NCBI GenBank assembly: GCA_963662465.1
Contig: OY759599.1
Span: 1,376,001 to 1,440,000 of the forward strand
Length of the DNA stretch: 64,000 bases
Reading direction: 5' to 3'
From: Desulfatiglandales bacterium
Lineage (GTDB): Bacteria; Desulfobacterota; DSM-4660; Desulfatiglandales; Desulfatiglandaceae
In this document: positions 51,572 to 61,507 of the stretch, in pieces
How the letters are laid out: every line of letters begins with the position of its first letter
How positions within the stretch are numbered: position 1 is the first letter of the stretch
Position numbers and translations under genes: made by a program
The notes under the pieces: model-generated
The model's input: the letters and a program-made list of their open reading frames with translations, nothing else
What the model was told of the DNA's origin: nothing
The model's database searches: none

Positions 51572-52510
51572 ATGATTATCAGTGCCAGCAGGCGGACCGA
51601 TATCCCCGCCTTTTATGCGGAATGGTTTATGAACCGCATTCGGGAAGGTTACTGTACCGTTCCCAACCCATTCAACGCAAAGCAGGTGTCGCGCATATCC
51701 CTGAGGCCCCGGGATGTAGACGTTATTGTCTTCTGGACCCGATATGCCCGGCCCCTCCTTCCCCATCTGGAAGAACTGGACAGGCGTGGATTTCGATATT
51801 ACTTCCTTTATACCCTGATGAACAATCCCAGAGCGCTGGATCCAAAATCACCCAACCATGAAAAATCCATGGAAACCTTCCGTACACTGAGTGAGCGGGT
51901 GAGTAAAAACAAAGTCGTATGGCGATATGACCCGATTGTCTTTAGCACCATCACGAATCCGGATTTCCATATGGAAACTTTCCAGCGCCTCGCCGAGAAA
52001 TTGCATGGGCATACCCGAAGGTGCATCATCAGCTTTGTGGACATATACCGTAAGGCAACGGGACGACTTCGAGTACTGGAAAAAAAAGGCATTCGCATAT
52101 ATGAGCAGGAGGCTGAGGAACTTTATCGGCTCATGGAAACCATGATCGCTGCGGCTACGGCAAACGGAATGGATCTCCGCACCTGTGCGGAAGAGCAGGG
52201 GGTCTGTTCCAAAAATATACTGCCCGGAAAATGCATTGATGACCGCCTGATTCAGAAAGTTTTCGGACTGGATGTTACACACCGGAAGGACCCTTCCCAG
52301 CGCCCGGCCTGTGGCTGTGTCGCCAGCCGTGATATCGGGATGTACGATACCTGCCGATTCGGCTGTGTGTACTGCTACGCAACGGCCAGTTTTGAGAGGG
52401 CCAGGGAACGGTATCAACAGCATGACCCTGCTTCCCCTTCATTGACGGGTCGCTTCGAAGCCACCACTTCACAAAAGAAAAAAACCCGTCAACGCAGTTT
52501 GTTTGAATAA
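51572..52510 (+). CDS. DUF1848 protein (radical-SAM-like), intact
   Basis: MIISASRRTDIPAFY, VFWTR, WRYDPI and CGC..SRDIG.YDTCRFGCVYCYA. Confidence 0.92.
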   Translation: MIISASRRTDIPAFYAEWFMNRIREGYCTVPNPFNAKQVSRISLRPRDVDVIVFWTRYARPLLPHLEELDRRGFRYYFLYTLMNNPRALDPKSPNHEKSMETFRTLSERVSKNKVVWRYDPIVFSTITNPDFHMETFQRLAEKLHGHTRRCIISFVDIYRKATGRLRVLEKKGIRIYEQEAEELYRLMETMIAAATANGMDLRTCAEEQGVCSKNILPGKCIDDRLIQKVFGLDVTHRKDPSQRPACGCVASRDIGMYDTCRFGCVYCYATASFERARERYQQHDPASPSLTGRFEATTSQKKKTRQRSLFE

Positions 52511-52757
52511 GGTCGACGCAAATGTCAGATGAAAAAACATCGGTCTTTCCTGAGGTCCTTGAAACGCTGAAAAGCATCATTGCACCCGGACGAAGGGATC
52601 GCATCAGTCCCTTTAAGAATATTGAACCGTATTCTGAAAAAGTTATCGAAAGCATGATACGAAGATGGAAGATTTTTTCGTGATCTTGGGCATGTCGTAC
52701 CCATGGAAAAAGGACGGAAACAAGATGCTTTATATCTTTTAAGAAGGAGGATGTTTA

Positions 52758-53405
52758 ATGTCGGAATACGGAAAAATTGCTCAGGATGAGGTGGTTTCCC
52801 GCTGGGAAGATGATGTGGATGAACTTCAGCAGGAGGACTGGGAAGACGTGATGGGCGGCCCTGATGATCGCCATTTCGAGCAAATGGATGATGCGGTTGA
52901 TCCGGACTATCAACCGCCGGAATATGAAGATGATGGTTATTTGCCGCCCAAAGGAAATGACGGAGGAACTCAGGAGGACAAAATGGAACCATATGACTTT
53001 GCGGATGATGAATTTGATGAATATGACGTCATGATGATTGAAGCCACAAAACGGCAGGAGGAAATTGTGGCATGGCTGGCCGACTCCCTCCTTGCCCAAC
53101 CCCTTAAAGGTGGCAGTCGGTCGGATTTTCTGATTCGAGAAGGCGCCCCGGTGCGGTTGTTGGACGGCGCCCTGGTGGAACTGCTCTCGTGGCTTGAACT
53201 TGAAGGGTTTGAGGACAGGCTCATGGTTTCCGGTTATGTGGTGACCACGGCTTTAGACCGAAAAGGAACAGGAGATGTGATGATTTTCAGGAAAACGCCG
53301 GTGGTGAAAGCGCCGTTTGTTTTTGATGAGCTGCCCGATGTTGCGGTTGCGCCGGAAGCGGAAGAATTGAACGCGCCCGTTTCCGATGATGATATTCCCT
53401 TTTAG
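52758..53405 (+). CDS. Highly acidic hypothetical protein ending DDDIPF
   Basis: AAGGAGG RBS; D/E-rich; SSB-like C-terminal tip. Confidence 0.7.
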   Translation: MSEYGKIAQDEVVSRWEDDVDELQQEDWEDVMGGPDDRHFEQMDDAVDPDYQPPEYEDDGYLPPKGNDGGTQEDKMEPYDFADDEFDEYDVMMIEATKRQEEIVAWLADSLLAQPLKGGSRSDFLIREGAPVRLLDGALVELLSWLELEGFEDRLMVSGYVVTTALDRKGTGDVMIFRKTPVVKAPFVFDELPDVAVAPEAEELNAPVSDDDIPF

Positions 53406-53450
53406 AGGATCGAGATCCATGACTGCGCTTCTGATCATTTTGCCGCCACC

Positions 53451-54662
53451 CTATTTCACCAGAATCAGAGTGCTGAGCCCGAAATCTGGAATTCCAGTAT
53501 TCTCCATGGTCTTTAAAAGATTGATGTGAAAAGCGTTTGCAGATGGCCGCATATAGGCCGGGTTCATGCAAGTGTCCTCTTTTTTTCTGCAATCGGCCGG
53601 CAGGCAAAAAGGACAGGGAATAGGGTAATGAAAAGCGAAAGCTAAATGGTCAGTTTCCTCTATAAATTTTTCTATTTTCAACAACTGCCTGGTTAGTGTT
53701 TTTTCATCACCTTTTGTAGCTGGTTTGCTGGAAGTGGTGACGATGACCGCGCAGTTGAAATTGGAAATGAATTCTCTACTATCCTGTCGGTTCCTGTCGG
53801 CAATAATGACTTCTGTAAGAGGAATACGACAGCAGAAAATCTTTCCTCGGGAAGATAGGGCGGTGATATCCTCCGGCAAGTTGATTATATTTTTTCCACG
53901 GTTTTGATTTTGAATGCCTGGTTTGGAGCTTTTTGGAATGCCAATGAAGTCCGTCCCGTAAAAGAGGGGGACGTGATATTTCTGAATCAATTGCAGTGTC
54001 ATGAGTTTATTTATTGCCATGCCGCCTACACAGACTTGCGTGCGAACGTTTTTGGCAGACAACAGGTCCAAGAGTTCTCGTAAATTCGCAATGCAGGTAT
54101 TGAGCATACATGAGATGCCCAGAAAATTGGGTTGATATTTTTCAATCGCATCAACCCAGGCCCGCGGTTTGATTTTGGATCCGAGGTTGAAAATAGTATG
54201 CCCCTGAGTTTGCCAAAATTGTTTGAGAAGCGTGGCGCCTAGATCCTGGCCTGCCGGCGCCATCACTCCAGATACAATGGTCAGAGGTTTAACAGGCGTC
54301 TCCGGTGGTAAGAAGGAAAAGCAGTATGTTAGGGCTTTGGAAAAGGCATAAATATCCGAGACCATAACTCTTTTATGTTTAGGGCTACTTTTTGATAATC
54401 GAAAGCCATTATGGGAGAGCATGTATTGAAATTTAATCTCATCAAGGCATTCCATTAACAGGATTGAAATATCTCGGACTGTATATTTTGTAAGAAGTGC
54501 TTTGGCAAGAGCTGAGATGTTTTGTTTTGTTTCTTTTTCATCTATAACGGGCAGGCTGTAGGATCGTTGCTTGAATTGAAGGATGTGGCCGTGAACATCT
54601 TTTTTGAAAGAGATGGCGGACCAGATGGAATTTGTTGTTTCGGAGATGTTTGGCTTGTTCAT
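53451..54662 (-). CDS. Cobalamin-binding-domain protein with Cys-rich C-terminus, copy 2
   Basis: Close paralog of 32974-34182. Confidence 0.7.
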   Translation of the reverse strand: MNKPNISETTNSIWSAISFKKDVHGHILQFKQRSYSLPVIDEKETKQNISALAKALLTKYTVRDISILLMECLDEIKFQYMLSHNGFRLSKSSPKHKRVMVSDIYAFSKALTYCFSFLPPETPVKPLTIVSGVMAPAGQDLGATLLKQFWQTQGHTIFNLGSKIKPRAWVDAIEKYQPNFLGISCMLNTCIANLRELLDLLSAKNVRTQVCVGGMAINKLMTLQLIQKYHVPLFYGTDFIGIPKSSKPGIQNQNRGKNIINLPEDITALSSRGKIFCCRIPLTEVIIADRNRQDSREFISNFNCAVIVTTSSKPATKGDEKTLTRQLLKIEKFIEETDHLAFAFHYPIPCPFCLPADCRKKEDTCMNPAYMRPSANAFHINLLKTMENTGIPDFGLSTLILVK

Positions 54663-54877
54663 AGCCTTACGGCAAAAATGGAAAATATGCTGATAATCAT
54701 TGATTTTAGAGTTATAGTCAAGTCTGATGTTTGCGGCAATTCTAATTAAACGAAAGCAACGCATAGTCTACATGTTGTGAGGTTTTAGGTCAACATACTG
54801 AAATATAAAATATTTCAGAGCTTTTATTTCAAATTTATTAATTAATCGTTGATTTTCAATAGGTTACATGCAGATTT

Positions 54878-55102
54878 TTGAAAACCCCACAACATGTAGA
54901 CTTATGCGTGAATTTGGATACTCGTGAAGATTATGGAGAAGATCGTTGGATGGGAATCGGTCTTTTTGAAATGCGCGTTGTCGTTCTGGCCTTCACTGAA
55001 ATAAATGAGGAAAACATCCGCATAATCTCATTTCGAAAGGCAATAAAAGATGAACGGAAACGATTCGAATACTATTGCAAAAACGAATTTGGAGCGTATT
55101 GA
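54878..55102 (+). pseudogene. brnT: BrnT-family toxin, 5' truncated
   Basis: DYGEDRWMGIG..VVVLAFTE..IRIISFRKA. Confidence 0.8.
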
Positions 55103-55261
55103 CGCAATGACTGATGATATGATTGACACGTCAGACATTCCTCCATTGACAGATGACTTTTTTGCGACGGCAAAATGGCGAATGCCAAAGCCGAAAGTTA
55201 AAGTTATGTTGGAAATTGAACCAGAGGTCCTTGATTGGTTCAAAGCTCACGTGGGGCGAAT
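55050..55261 (+). pseudogene. brnA: BrnA-family antitoxin, cut by a MITE
   Basis: IDTSDIPPLTDDFF..KVKVMLEIEPEVLDWFKA, then runs into the MITE. Confidence 0.75.
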
Positions 55262-55416
55262 GGGACGTACGTCAGATTATAAGTTAATACATCATTCATT
55301 GCATGATATTAAGCAGACATGCCACGCAAAACTCGCATGGAGTAGCACAGAAGGCTACCAAATTGTAGGGAAAGAACCGAAGGCCTTTTGGAAATTTATA
55401 ATCTGACGAACGTCCC
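55262..55416. mobile_element. MITE-like family 1, complete 155-bp copy
   Basis: GGGACGTACGTCAGATTATAAGTT ... AATTTATAATCTGACGAACGTCCC terminal IRs. Confidence 0.85.
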
Positions 55417-55486
55417 TGCCCCCCCCCCCCCCCCCCCGAACATCACCACCGGTGGTTCAGCCTTGATCAATGGATAAAGGTGACAT

Positions 55487-55557
55487 GAGGAGCCGTGTAC
55501 GGACCCGTACGCACGGTTCTGTGGGCAGACGGGAGCCTCGGCTCCCTCTAACCCGAT
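55487..55557 (+). mobile_element. Group II intron 3' remnant (domains V-VI) of a different lineage
   Basis: GAGCCGTGTACGGACCCGTACGCACGGTTC, GGGAGCCTCGGCTCCC and terminal ACCCGAT. Confidence 0.8.
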
Positions 55558-55623
55558 CAAAAAATTCTCATGGCCGAGAATGGGCCTCTAAAAAAGCTCG
55601 TCGGAGGCCATGAGAATTTTTTG
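55558..55623. repeat. 18-bp perfect inverted repeat, possible bidirectional terminator
   Basis: CAAAAAATTCTCATGGCC / GGCCATGAGAATTTTTTG. Confidence 0.8.
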
Positions 55624-55959
55624 CGGGTATCGCGATAATTTTTACAAGTTTAGGCGACAACTTGATTGACATCTACCGTTACCTTTGTTGAAACACAAAT
55701 TGATAGAGGGGCAGACCACCATTTATATGTGCCAAAACAAATTGTGTCAGTTCTCCGTGACCGACGTAAAAGAAGCGCTAAAACAGATGGTTAAATAAAA
55801 AGAAATTGACTGTTGGCGATTAGCGCTATAATATCAAATTTATGCCATATAATTTGCTTGGTTAAATCAGGGAAGACTGGAATTCAGCAAGAAGTCATGA
55901 AAATGCTTGCAGTTCCAAGCTAACGACTAATTGCAGATTTAATGAAAGGAGGGATGGCC

Positions 55960-57276
55960 ATGGGAAGATTAAAATTGTTATTTCGATCAAGCCTCCTGCT
56001 TCTGGTTCTGCTCATGGCGTTGCCCGTGGCGGGTTACGCCCAGATTCCGAAGGAAAACCCCGAAATATTCACCCAGCAGGAGTTGGACAGGATGCTGGCG
56101 CCCATCGCCCTTTACCCGGATTCACTTTTGGCCCAGATTCTGATGGCGTCAACCTACCCCCTGGAAGTGATCATGGCGGACCGGTGGCTCAAGGAAAATA
56201 AAGACCTTCAGGGGGATCAACTGAATGATGCCCTGGATAAGCAACCCTGGGATGCCAGTGTAAAAGCCCTGGTGCCTTTTCCGGAAGTGCTCTCCATGAT
56301 GAGCGAGAAGCTGGACTGGACCCCGGCTTTGGGCGAGGCCTTTCTGGCCCAAAAGGACGATGTTATCCGGACCGTGCAGGATCTTCGGCAAAAGGCCCAT
56401 GAAGCCGGGAACCTGAAGACTTCGGAAGAGCAGACGGTGACTGTTGAAAAGGAAATCATCGTCATCGCGCCAACCAACCCGCAGGTGGTCTATGTGCCCG
56501 TCTATGATCCTTGGTGGGTTTACGGTTCCTGGTGGTGGCCTGCTTATCCCCCTTATGCCTTCTACCCCTATGCCGTTGGGGTGGCCTTTTTCCCCGGGCC
56601 GATCTGGTTCGGCCCCCGGTGCAGGGTGGGACCCTATTGGGGTCGCGCATGGGGCCGCTGGGATTGGCGGAATCGCCATTTCTACGCCAATGTGAATCGC
56701 AATATCAATGTCAACCGCAGATATTTCAACAATTCGAGAACGCAGTTAACCCATTGGCGCCATGACCCGACCCATCGACGGAATGTCGCCTACCGGAATC
56801 CGGTCTCCCGAATGCGGTATTCGAAGGTGAATAGAAGTGCGTTTAAGAGGGGCGGGGATTTTCGTGCCATTGAGACGAAATTGCGCAACGGCACCCGTGT
56901 TGCCAGCCGGAAGACATCCTCCAGGACCGGCAGATCCAATGGCATGCAGACAAACAGGAACCGGACCGTGACCGGTAAAAAGGGTGCGATGGATCGAAGA
57001 ACCGGCGCATCCGGTGTCGGTTCCCCGTACTCAAGGGGGCCGTCAAAAGTGACGGGTTTTTCCCAAAAGGCCGGGAACCGATCCCCCATGGATAACAGGG
57101 TCGCTGCCAATACCTATAACGGCAACAGGTCGGCGGGAGTGTCCCGAGGGCAGCAAGGCGGTTCAAGGTCCACGGTAAACTTTGGCGGCTACAGCCGCGG
57201 AGCAACGGCGAGGGGCGGTTTTGGTGGTGGCGGTAGTATGGGTGGCGGGAGATGGGGAGGCCCGTCTCGAAGGTAG
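55960..57276 (+). CDS. DUF3300 exported protein
   Basis: Signal peptide, LAPIALYPDSLLAQILMASTYP, VVYVPVYDP and Gly/Arg-rich tail. Confidence 0.9.
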   Translation: MGRLKLLFRSSLLLLVLLMALPVAGYAQIPKENPEIFTQQELDRMLAPIALYPDSLLAQILMASTYPLEVIMADRWLKENKDLQGDQLNDALDKQPWDASVKALVPFPEVLSMMSEKLDWTPALGEAFLAQKDDVIRTVQDLRQKAHEAGNLKTSEEQTVTVEKEIIVIAPTNPQVVYVPVYDPWWVYGSWWWPAYPPYAFYPYAVGVAFFPGPIWFGPRCRVGPYWGRAWGRWDWRNRHFYANVNRNINVNRRYFNNSRTQLTHWRHDPTHRRNVAYRNPVSRMRYSKVNRSAFKRGGDFRAIETKLRNGTRVASRKTSSRTGRSNGMQTNRNRTVTGKKGAMDRRTGASGVGSPYSRGPSKVTGFSQKAGNRSPMDNRVAANTYNGNRSAGVSRGQQGGSRSTVNFGGYSRGATARGGFGGGGSMGGGRWGGPSRR

Positions 57277-57289
57277 CAAGAAAAAGAAA

Positions 57290-58362
57290 AACGTTCGTCA
57301 GATTATAAGTTACGTTTTTGTTTTTCATTTGATAGCGTGTCTGTATGCCAAGAAAAGCCCGCATAGATGCCCCAGGAGCGCTACACCACGTTATTGCCAG
57401 GGGGATAGGCCGTCGAAAAGTGTTTGATGATGATGACGACCGAGATTTTTTTGTTGAACGGTTGGGGAAAATTGTTTCTGATACGGAAACACAATGTTTT
57501 GCGTGGGCGCTGATGCCCAATCATTTCCATTTGCTTTTGAAAACCGGCATTATCCCTATCTCTACGGTCATGAAACGCCTCTTAACCGGTTACGCCATGC
57601 ACTATAACCGGAGACACAAGCGGTATGGCCATCTGTTTCAAAACCGATACAAGTCAATCCTCTGCCAGGAAGATTCATATCTATTGGAACTGACGCGCTA
57701 TGTGCATTTGAACCCGCTTCGGGCAAAATTGGTGTCTGATATAAAGGAGTTGGGAAACCATCCTTACAGCGGGCATAGCGTACTTATGGGGAGGGTAACC
57801 GCGGAGTGGCAGAACACGACAATCCTCGGGTTGTTTGGCGACAAGGTGTCCGTTGCGCGGCGGCGGTACTTGGAATTTGTAAAAAAGGGGATCGCTGCCG
57901 GTAAGCGGCAAGATCTCACGGGTGGGGGACTGGTTCGGAGCGTTGGGGGGTGGTCCGCCGTGAAATCATTGCGGAAGGCCGGCGTATTTCAGAAGGGGGA
58001 CGAGCGTATCCTTGGCGATGGTGAATTTGTGGAGAAGGTGCTCTCTCAAGCCGAGGAGGCATTCGAGAGGAAATATCGCTTGAAGGCCAAGGGGATTGAT
58101 GTCGGCAGGATTGCCGAGAGAGTTGCCGACATTATGGGCATGGCCCCCGAAACGGTTTGGGTTTCGGGAAAACAGCCTAAGATTGTGCAGGCTCGCAGCC
58201 TTCTTTGCTACTGGGCGACCAGTGAATTGGGCGTTAGCCAGGCGTGGTTAAGCCGGAAACTGGGGATTTCCCAGGCAGCGGTAAGCCTTTCGGTAAGCAG
58301 AGGACGTCGGATTGTATTAGAAAATCACTATGAGATTGGGAACTTATAAACTGACGAACGTT
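57290..58362 (+). mobile_element. RAYT-like transposase element bounded by 22-bp terminal inverted repeats
   Basis: AACGTTCGTCAGATTATAAGTT (57290-57311) and AACTTATAAACTGACGAACGTT (58341-58362), 21/22 match. Confidence 0.8.
57345..58349 (+). CDS. Full-length RAYT/Y1 HUH transposase with C-terminal HTH
   Basis: MPNHFHLL (HUH), GHLFQNRYKS, RYVHLNP (catalytic Tyr) and ARSLLCYWA. Confidence 0.92.
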   Translation: MPRKARIDAPGALHHVIARGIGRRKVFDDDDDRDFFVERLGKIVSDTETQCFAWALMPNHFHLLLKTGIIPISTVMKRLLTGYAMHYNRRHKRYGHLFQNRYKSILCQEDSYLLELTRYVHLNPLRAKLVSDIKELGNHPYSGHSVLMGRVTAEWQNTTILGLFGDKVSVARRRYLEFVKKGIAAGKRQDLTGGGLVRSVGGWSAVKSLRKAGVFQKGDERILGDGEFVEKVLSQAEEAFERKYRLKAKGIDVGRIAERVADIMGMAPETVWVSGKQPKIVQARSLLCYWATSELGVSQAWLSRKLGISQAAVSLSVSRGRRIVLENHYEIGNL

Positions 58363-58368
58363 AGTCCT

Positions 58369-61300
58369 ATGCCTCAAAAAATATTAAATGAATATTTTGG
58401 ATACGACGGCTTCAGGGAAAACCAGCGGGAAATCATCGAAACCGTTCTGGGTGGAGAAAATGCGTTTGTATTGATGCCCACCGGCAGTGGGAAGTCAATC
58501 TGCTATCAGATTCCGTCGATGCTGAAGCCGGGTGTGGGCATCGTTATCTCTCCGTTGATTGCGTTGATGGAAGACCAGGTCAAGGCGCTTCAGCAAAATG
58601 GCGTCAAGGCGGCCTGTTTGAACTCGACGCTGCCTTACGGGGAGGCGCAGAGTGTCCAACAAAGGGCCGCGGACGATCGGCTGGACATCCTTTACGTTGC
58701 GCCGGAAAGGCTCCTCACGCCGGATTTCCAGCATTTTCTCACCCGTATCAAGCCGGCGCTTTTTGCCATTGATGAAGCCCATTGTGTTTCCCAGTGGGGT
58801 CATGATTTTCGCCCGGAATACCTGCGGATAAATGAAGTGACCCATCATTTTCCGAATACCCCCCGAATGGCGCTTACGGCGACTGCCGACGAGATGACCC
58901 GGAAAGACATCCTCGAAAAACTCGACCTCCGTGAGGCCTGCATATTTATCAGCAGCTTTGACCGACCCAATATTCGATATCACGTGCGGGTTAAAAACAG
59001 AGACAAACGTCAACTGCTGGATTTTATTCGCGGAAAACACGCAAACCAATCGGGTATTGTGTACGTCAGAACCCGAAAAAGAACGGAGAGTATTGCGTCA
59101 TGGCTGTCTCAGCAGGGGGTGGATGCGTTTCCCTATCATGCCGGGTTATCCCCGGAAGTGCGCATGGAAAACCAGAAACAGTTTCAGGAAAGCAGTGACC
59201 GGGTTATCGTTGCCACCATTGCGTTCGGCATGGGCATCGATAAACCGGATGTTCGCTTCGTGGCGCATCTGGATCTTCCGTCCAGTATGGAGGCCTATTA
59301 TCAGGAAACCGGGCGAGCGGGTCGTGATGGGCAGCCCGCCGATGCTTGGATGGTTTATTCGCTCTCCGATGTCACCGCGTTGCGGCGGATGTTTGAGATG
59401 TCCGAAGGGGGGCGGGAATTCAAATATGTGCTTCAGAAAAAGCTGGAAGCCCTGCTCGGATACTGTGAGTCCGTGGTGTGCCGGAGAAAACGCCTGCTGA
59501 ACTATTTTGGGGAAACCCATAACGGCCGATGCGGCGCCTGTGATAACTGTTTGAATGCGCCCGAGACCTGGGACGGAACCATTGCCGCCCAGAAGGCCTT
59601 ATCCTGCGTATACCGGACGGGGCAGCGTTTTGGCGCCGGTCACCTGACCGATGTCCTCATGGGCAATGCCACCCGGCAGATTGAACGATGGGGTCATGAT
59701 CGAATCAAGACTTTTGGCGCCGGTCGGGAGTTGGACAAAAACACCTGGATGTCGGTGTTCCGGCAGCTTTTGTCGGCGGGGTTGCTGTCCGTGGATATGG
59801 GGCAAATCAGCGGTTTTCGATTGACCGATGACAGTTGGCAGGTTTTGAAAGGGGCGCGGGAGGTTCTTTTCAGAAAAGATTCGGCTTTTTCAGAAAAGCC
59901 CGTTGAAAAGCCGATTCCCGGGACTGTGAAGGTCTTTTTTGAGGACGAAGAAGACCGATCGCTCTTTGAGGTCCTTCGAAAAGTTCGGCTGGAGATTTCA
60001 AGATATCTGAAAGTACCGCCCTATATTGTTTTCAATGACAAATCCTTGAAGGAAATGGCGTCTGTTAGACCCACGAACCATCATGAGTTTTTGCAAATCA
60101 ACGGGGTGGGGGACGCAAAAGCCCAGCGGTATGGGGCACTTTTTCTGGCCTGCATTCGAGGGGAGGAAGTGGATATCACCGAATATCTTGACGGGAAAGA
60201 GGATGCTGAGTCCGGGAGCAACGGGGTTGAAAATCCAGTGGACGATTCTGATTACAAGATGCCGGCTTGTGACAAACTTGTTGAAGACAGGGACCTGTCT
60301 TTACTCGAAAATTTCGAAAAGATTGACCCCTTTCCCCCAATTGATTCGCATGCCATAACGAATTTAACCACTGGAAAATCAGATCCTTCGGAACATAAGG
60401 AACCTGTCAAAAAAGATTCATCGACAGATTGGGAGCCGGACCGCAAGGCGGTTCTTTTCATAAAAAAGAAAATTAAAGTGTTGGGAAGTGTTGAAGCCGT
60501 CAATGCACATTATCATGAAGATTCGCTGATAGACAATTACGCGAGGCGGGTGGCTCCCCTCATATTGTATGACGCCAAAAAAGACACCAAAGATTTGAAT
60601 TATTCCTTTGAAAAAGTCCGTCAGAAACATCCCGGCGCCTATTTTCCCTGGACCGAAGAAGATGACCGTAAGCTTGAACAGGACTACGGAAACGGGGTTT
60701 CCATCGAGAATCTTGCCAAGGCATCGGGAAGAACCAAAGGCGCTATTCAAAGCCGGATTAAAAAGTTGTGCCTGAAACATCCGGAGAAATCTGTTCCTGG
60801 TAAAACAATTGCCGGAGACCCTTACGAAAAAACAATGGTTTGCTTCGCTGTGTCTCGAAAGTACAAGGGTTATTGCGTTGCCGGAAAGGAGATAGTCGCA
60901 GCGCCGGGTGAGTCATCCTGGATTCGCCCGGTGAGTCCAAGGCCGATGGGTGAACTTCCTTTGGAAAACATTCAGTTAAAAGACGGTAATAAGCCCATAT
61001 TTCTTGATATTGTGAAAGTTGCCGTCAAAAAGCCGCTGCCCCATTATTATCAGGCGGAGAATTATCTGGCGGATTGCGAAAGGTCCTGGGAAAAAGTGGG
61101 ACGGCTTAAAGTCGAAGAATTGCGTCATTATTGTGATGATGTTCACAGTCTGTGGGTAAACGGATACCATAGTGCACATGGCATGAATGACAAGATACCC
61201 CTTGAAATTGCAAATGCACAGTGTGATTCATCATTGGTCTTGATCCAACCTGAGGATTTCTGCCTGGTTTTATCAAGCGGTTTGACGTTTAAGCAAAGAA

Positions 61301-61500
61301 TTCGCGCAGAATTCATTTTTAATGAGACAACTTATAACCTTGCCTTGACCGATCCGTTTGTGGAAAGAACCTATGCGGAGCGGACGGAAGGACGATATGA
61401 AATCGAAAAAAAGCCGATAACCCTTTGCATCAGCCTCGGGGAGCCGCTGAATGGGTTCTGCTACAAACTGGCGGCAGGGGTGATCGGACTTGAGGATTAA
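58369..61500 (+). CDS. recQ: RecQ helicase (RQC, HRDC) with long C-terminal extension ending in a dual-OB-like domain
   Basis: MPTGSGKS, DEAHCVSQWGHDFRPEY, QETGRAGRDG, CRRKRLLNYFGE..CGACDNC, VPPYIVFND; tail KTMVCFAVSRK..CVAGKE..WIRPVS. Confidence 0.92.
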   Translation: MPQKILNEYFGYDGFRENQREIIETVLGGENAFVLMPTGSGKSICYQIPSMLKPGVGIVISPLIALMEDQVKALQQNGVKAACLNSTLPYGEAQSVQQRAADDRLDILYVAPERLLTPDFQHFLTRIKPALFAIDEAHCVSQWGHDFRPEYLRINEVTHHFPNTPRMALTATADEMTRKDILEKLDLREACIFISSFDRPNIRYHVRVKNRDKRQLLDFIRGKHANQSGIVYVRTRKRTESIASWLSQQGVDAFPYHAGLSPEVRMENQKQFQESSDRVIVATIAFGMGIDKPDVRFVAHLDLPSSMEAYYQETGRAGRDGQPADAWMVYSLSDVTALRRMFEMSEGGREFKYVLQKKLEALLGYCESVVCRRKRLLNYFGETHNGRCGACDNCLNAPETWDGTIAAQKALSCVYRTGQRFGAGHLTDVLMGNATRQIERWGHDRIKTFGAGRELDKNTWMSVFRQLLSAGLLSVDMGQISGFRLTDDSWQVLKGAREVLFRKDSAFSEKPVEKPIPGTVKVFFEDEEDRSLFEVLRKVRLEISRYLKVPPYIVFNDKSLKEMASVRPTNHHEFLQINGVGDAKAQRYGALFLACIRGEEVDITEYLDGKEDAESGSNGVENPVDDSDYKMPACDKLVEDRDLSLLENFEKIDPFPPIDSHAITNLTTGKSDPSEHKEPVKKDSSTDWEPDRKAVLFIKKKIKVLGSVEAVNAHYHEDSLIDNYARRVAPLILYDAKKDTKDLNYSFEKVRQKHPGAYFPWTEEDDRKLEQDYGNGVSIENLAKASGRTKGAIQSRIKKLCLKHPEKSVPGKTIAGDPYEKTMVCFAVSRKYKGYCVAGKEIVAAPGESSWIRPVSPRPMGELPLENIQLKDGNKPIFLDIVKVAVKKPLPHYYQAENYLADCERSWEKVGRLKVEELRHYCDDVHSLWVNGYHSAHGMNDKIPLEIANAQCDSSLVLIQPEDFCLVLSSGLTFKQRIRAEFIFNETTYNLALTDPFVERTYAERTEGRYEIEKKPITLCISLGEPLNGFCYKLAAGVIGLED

Positions 61501-61507
61501 AAATATT

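Larger units (their letters stand above)
51499..54758 (+). repeat. Segmental duplication B, copy 2
   Basis: High identity to blocks within 29905-34280. Confidence 0.88.

Noticed and set aside
56800..57276. Low-complexity Gly/Arg tail
   Set aside because: Normal feature of DUF3300 proteins.
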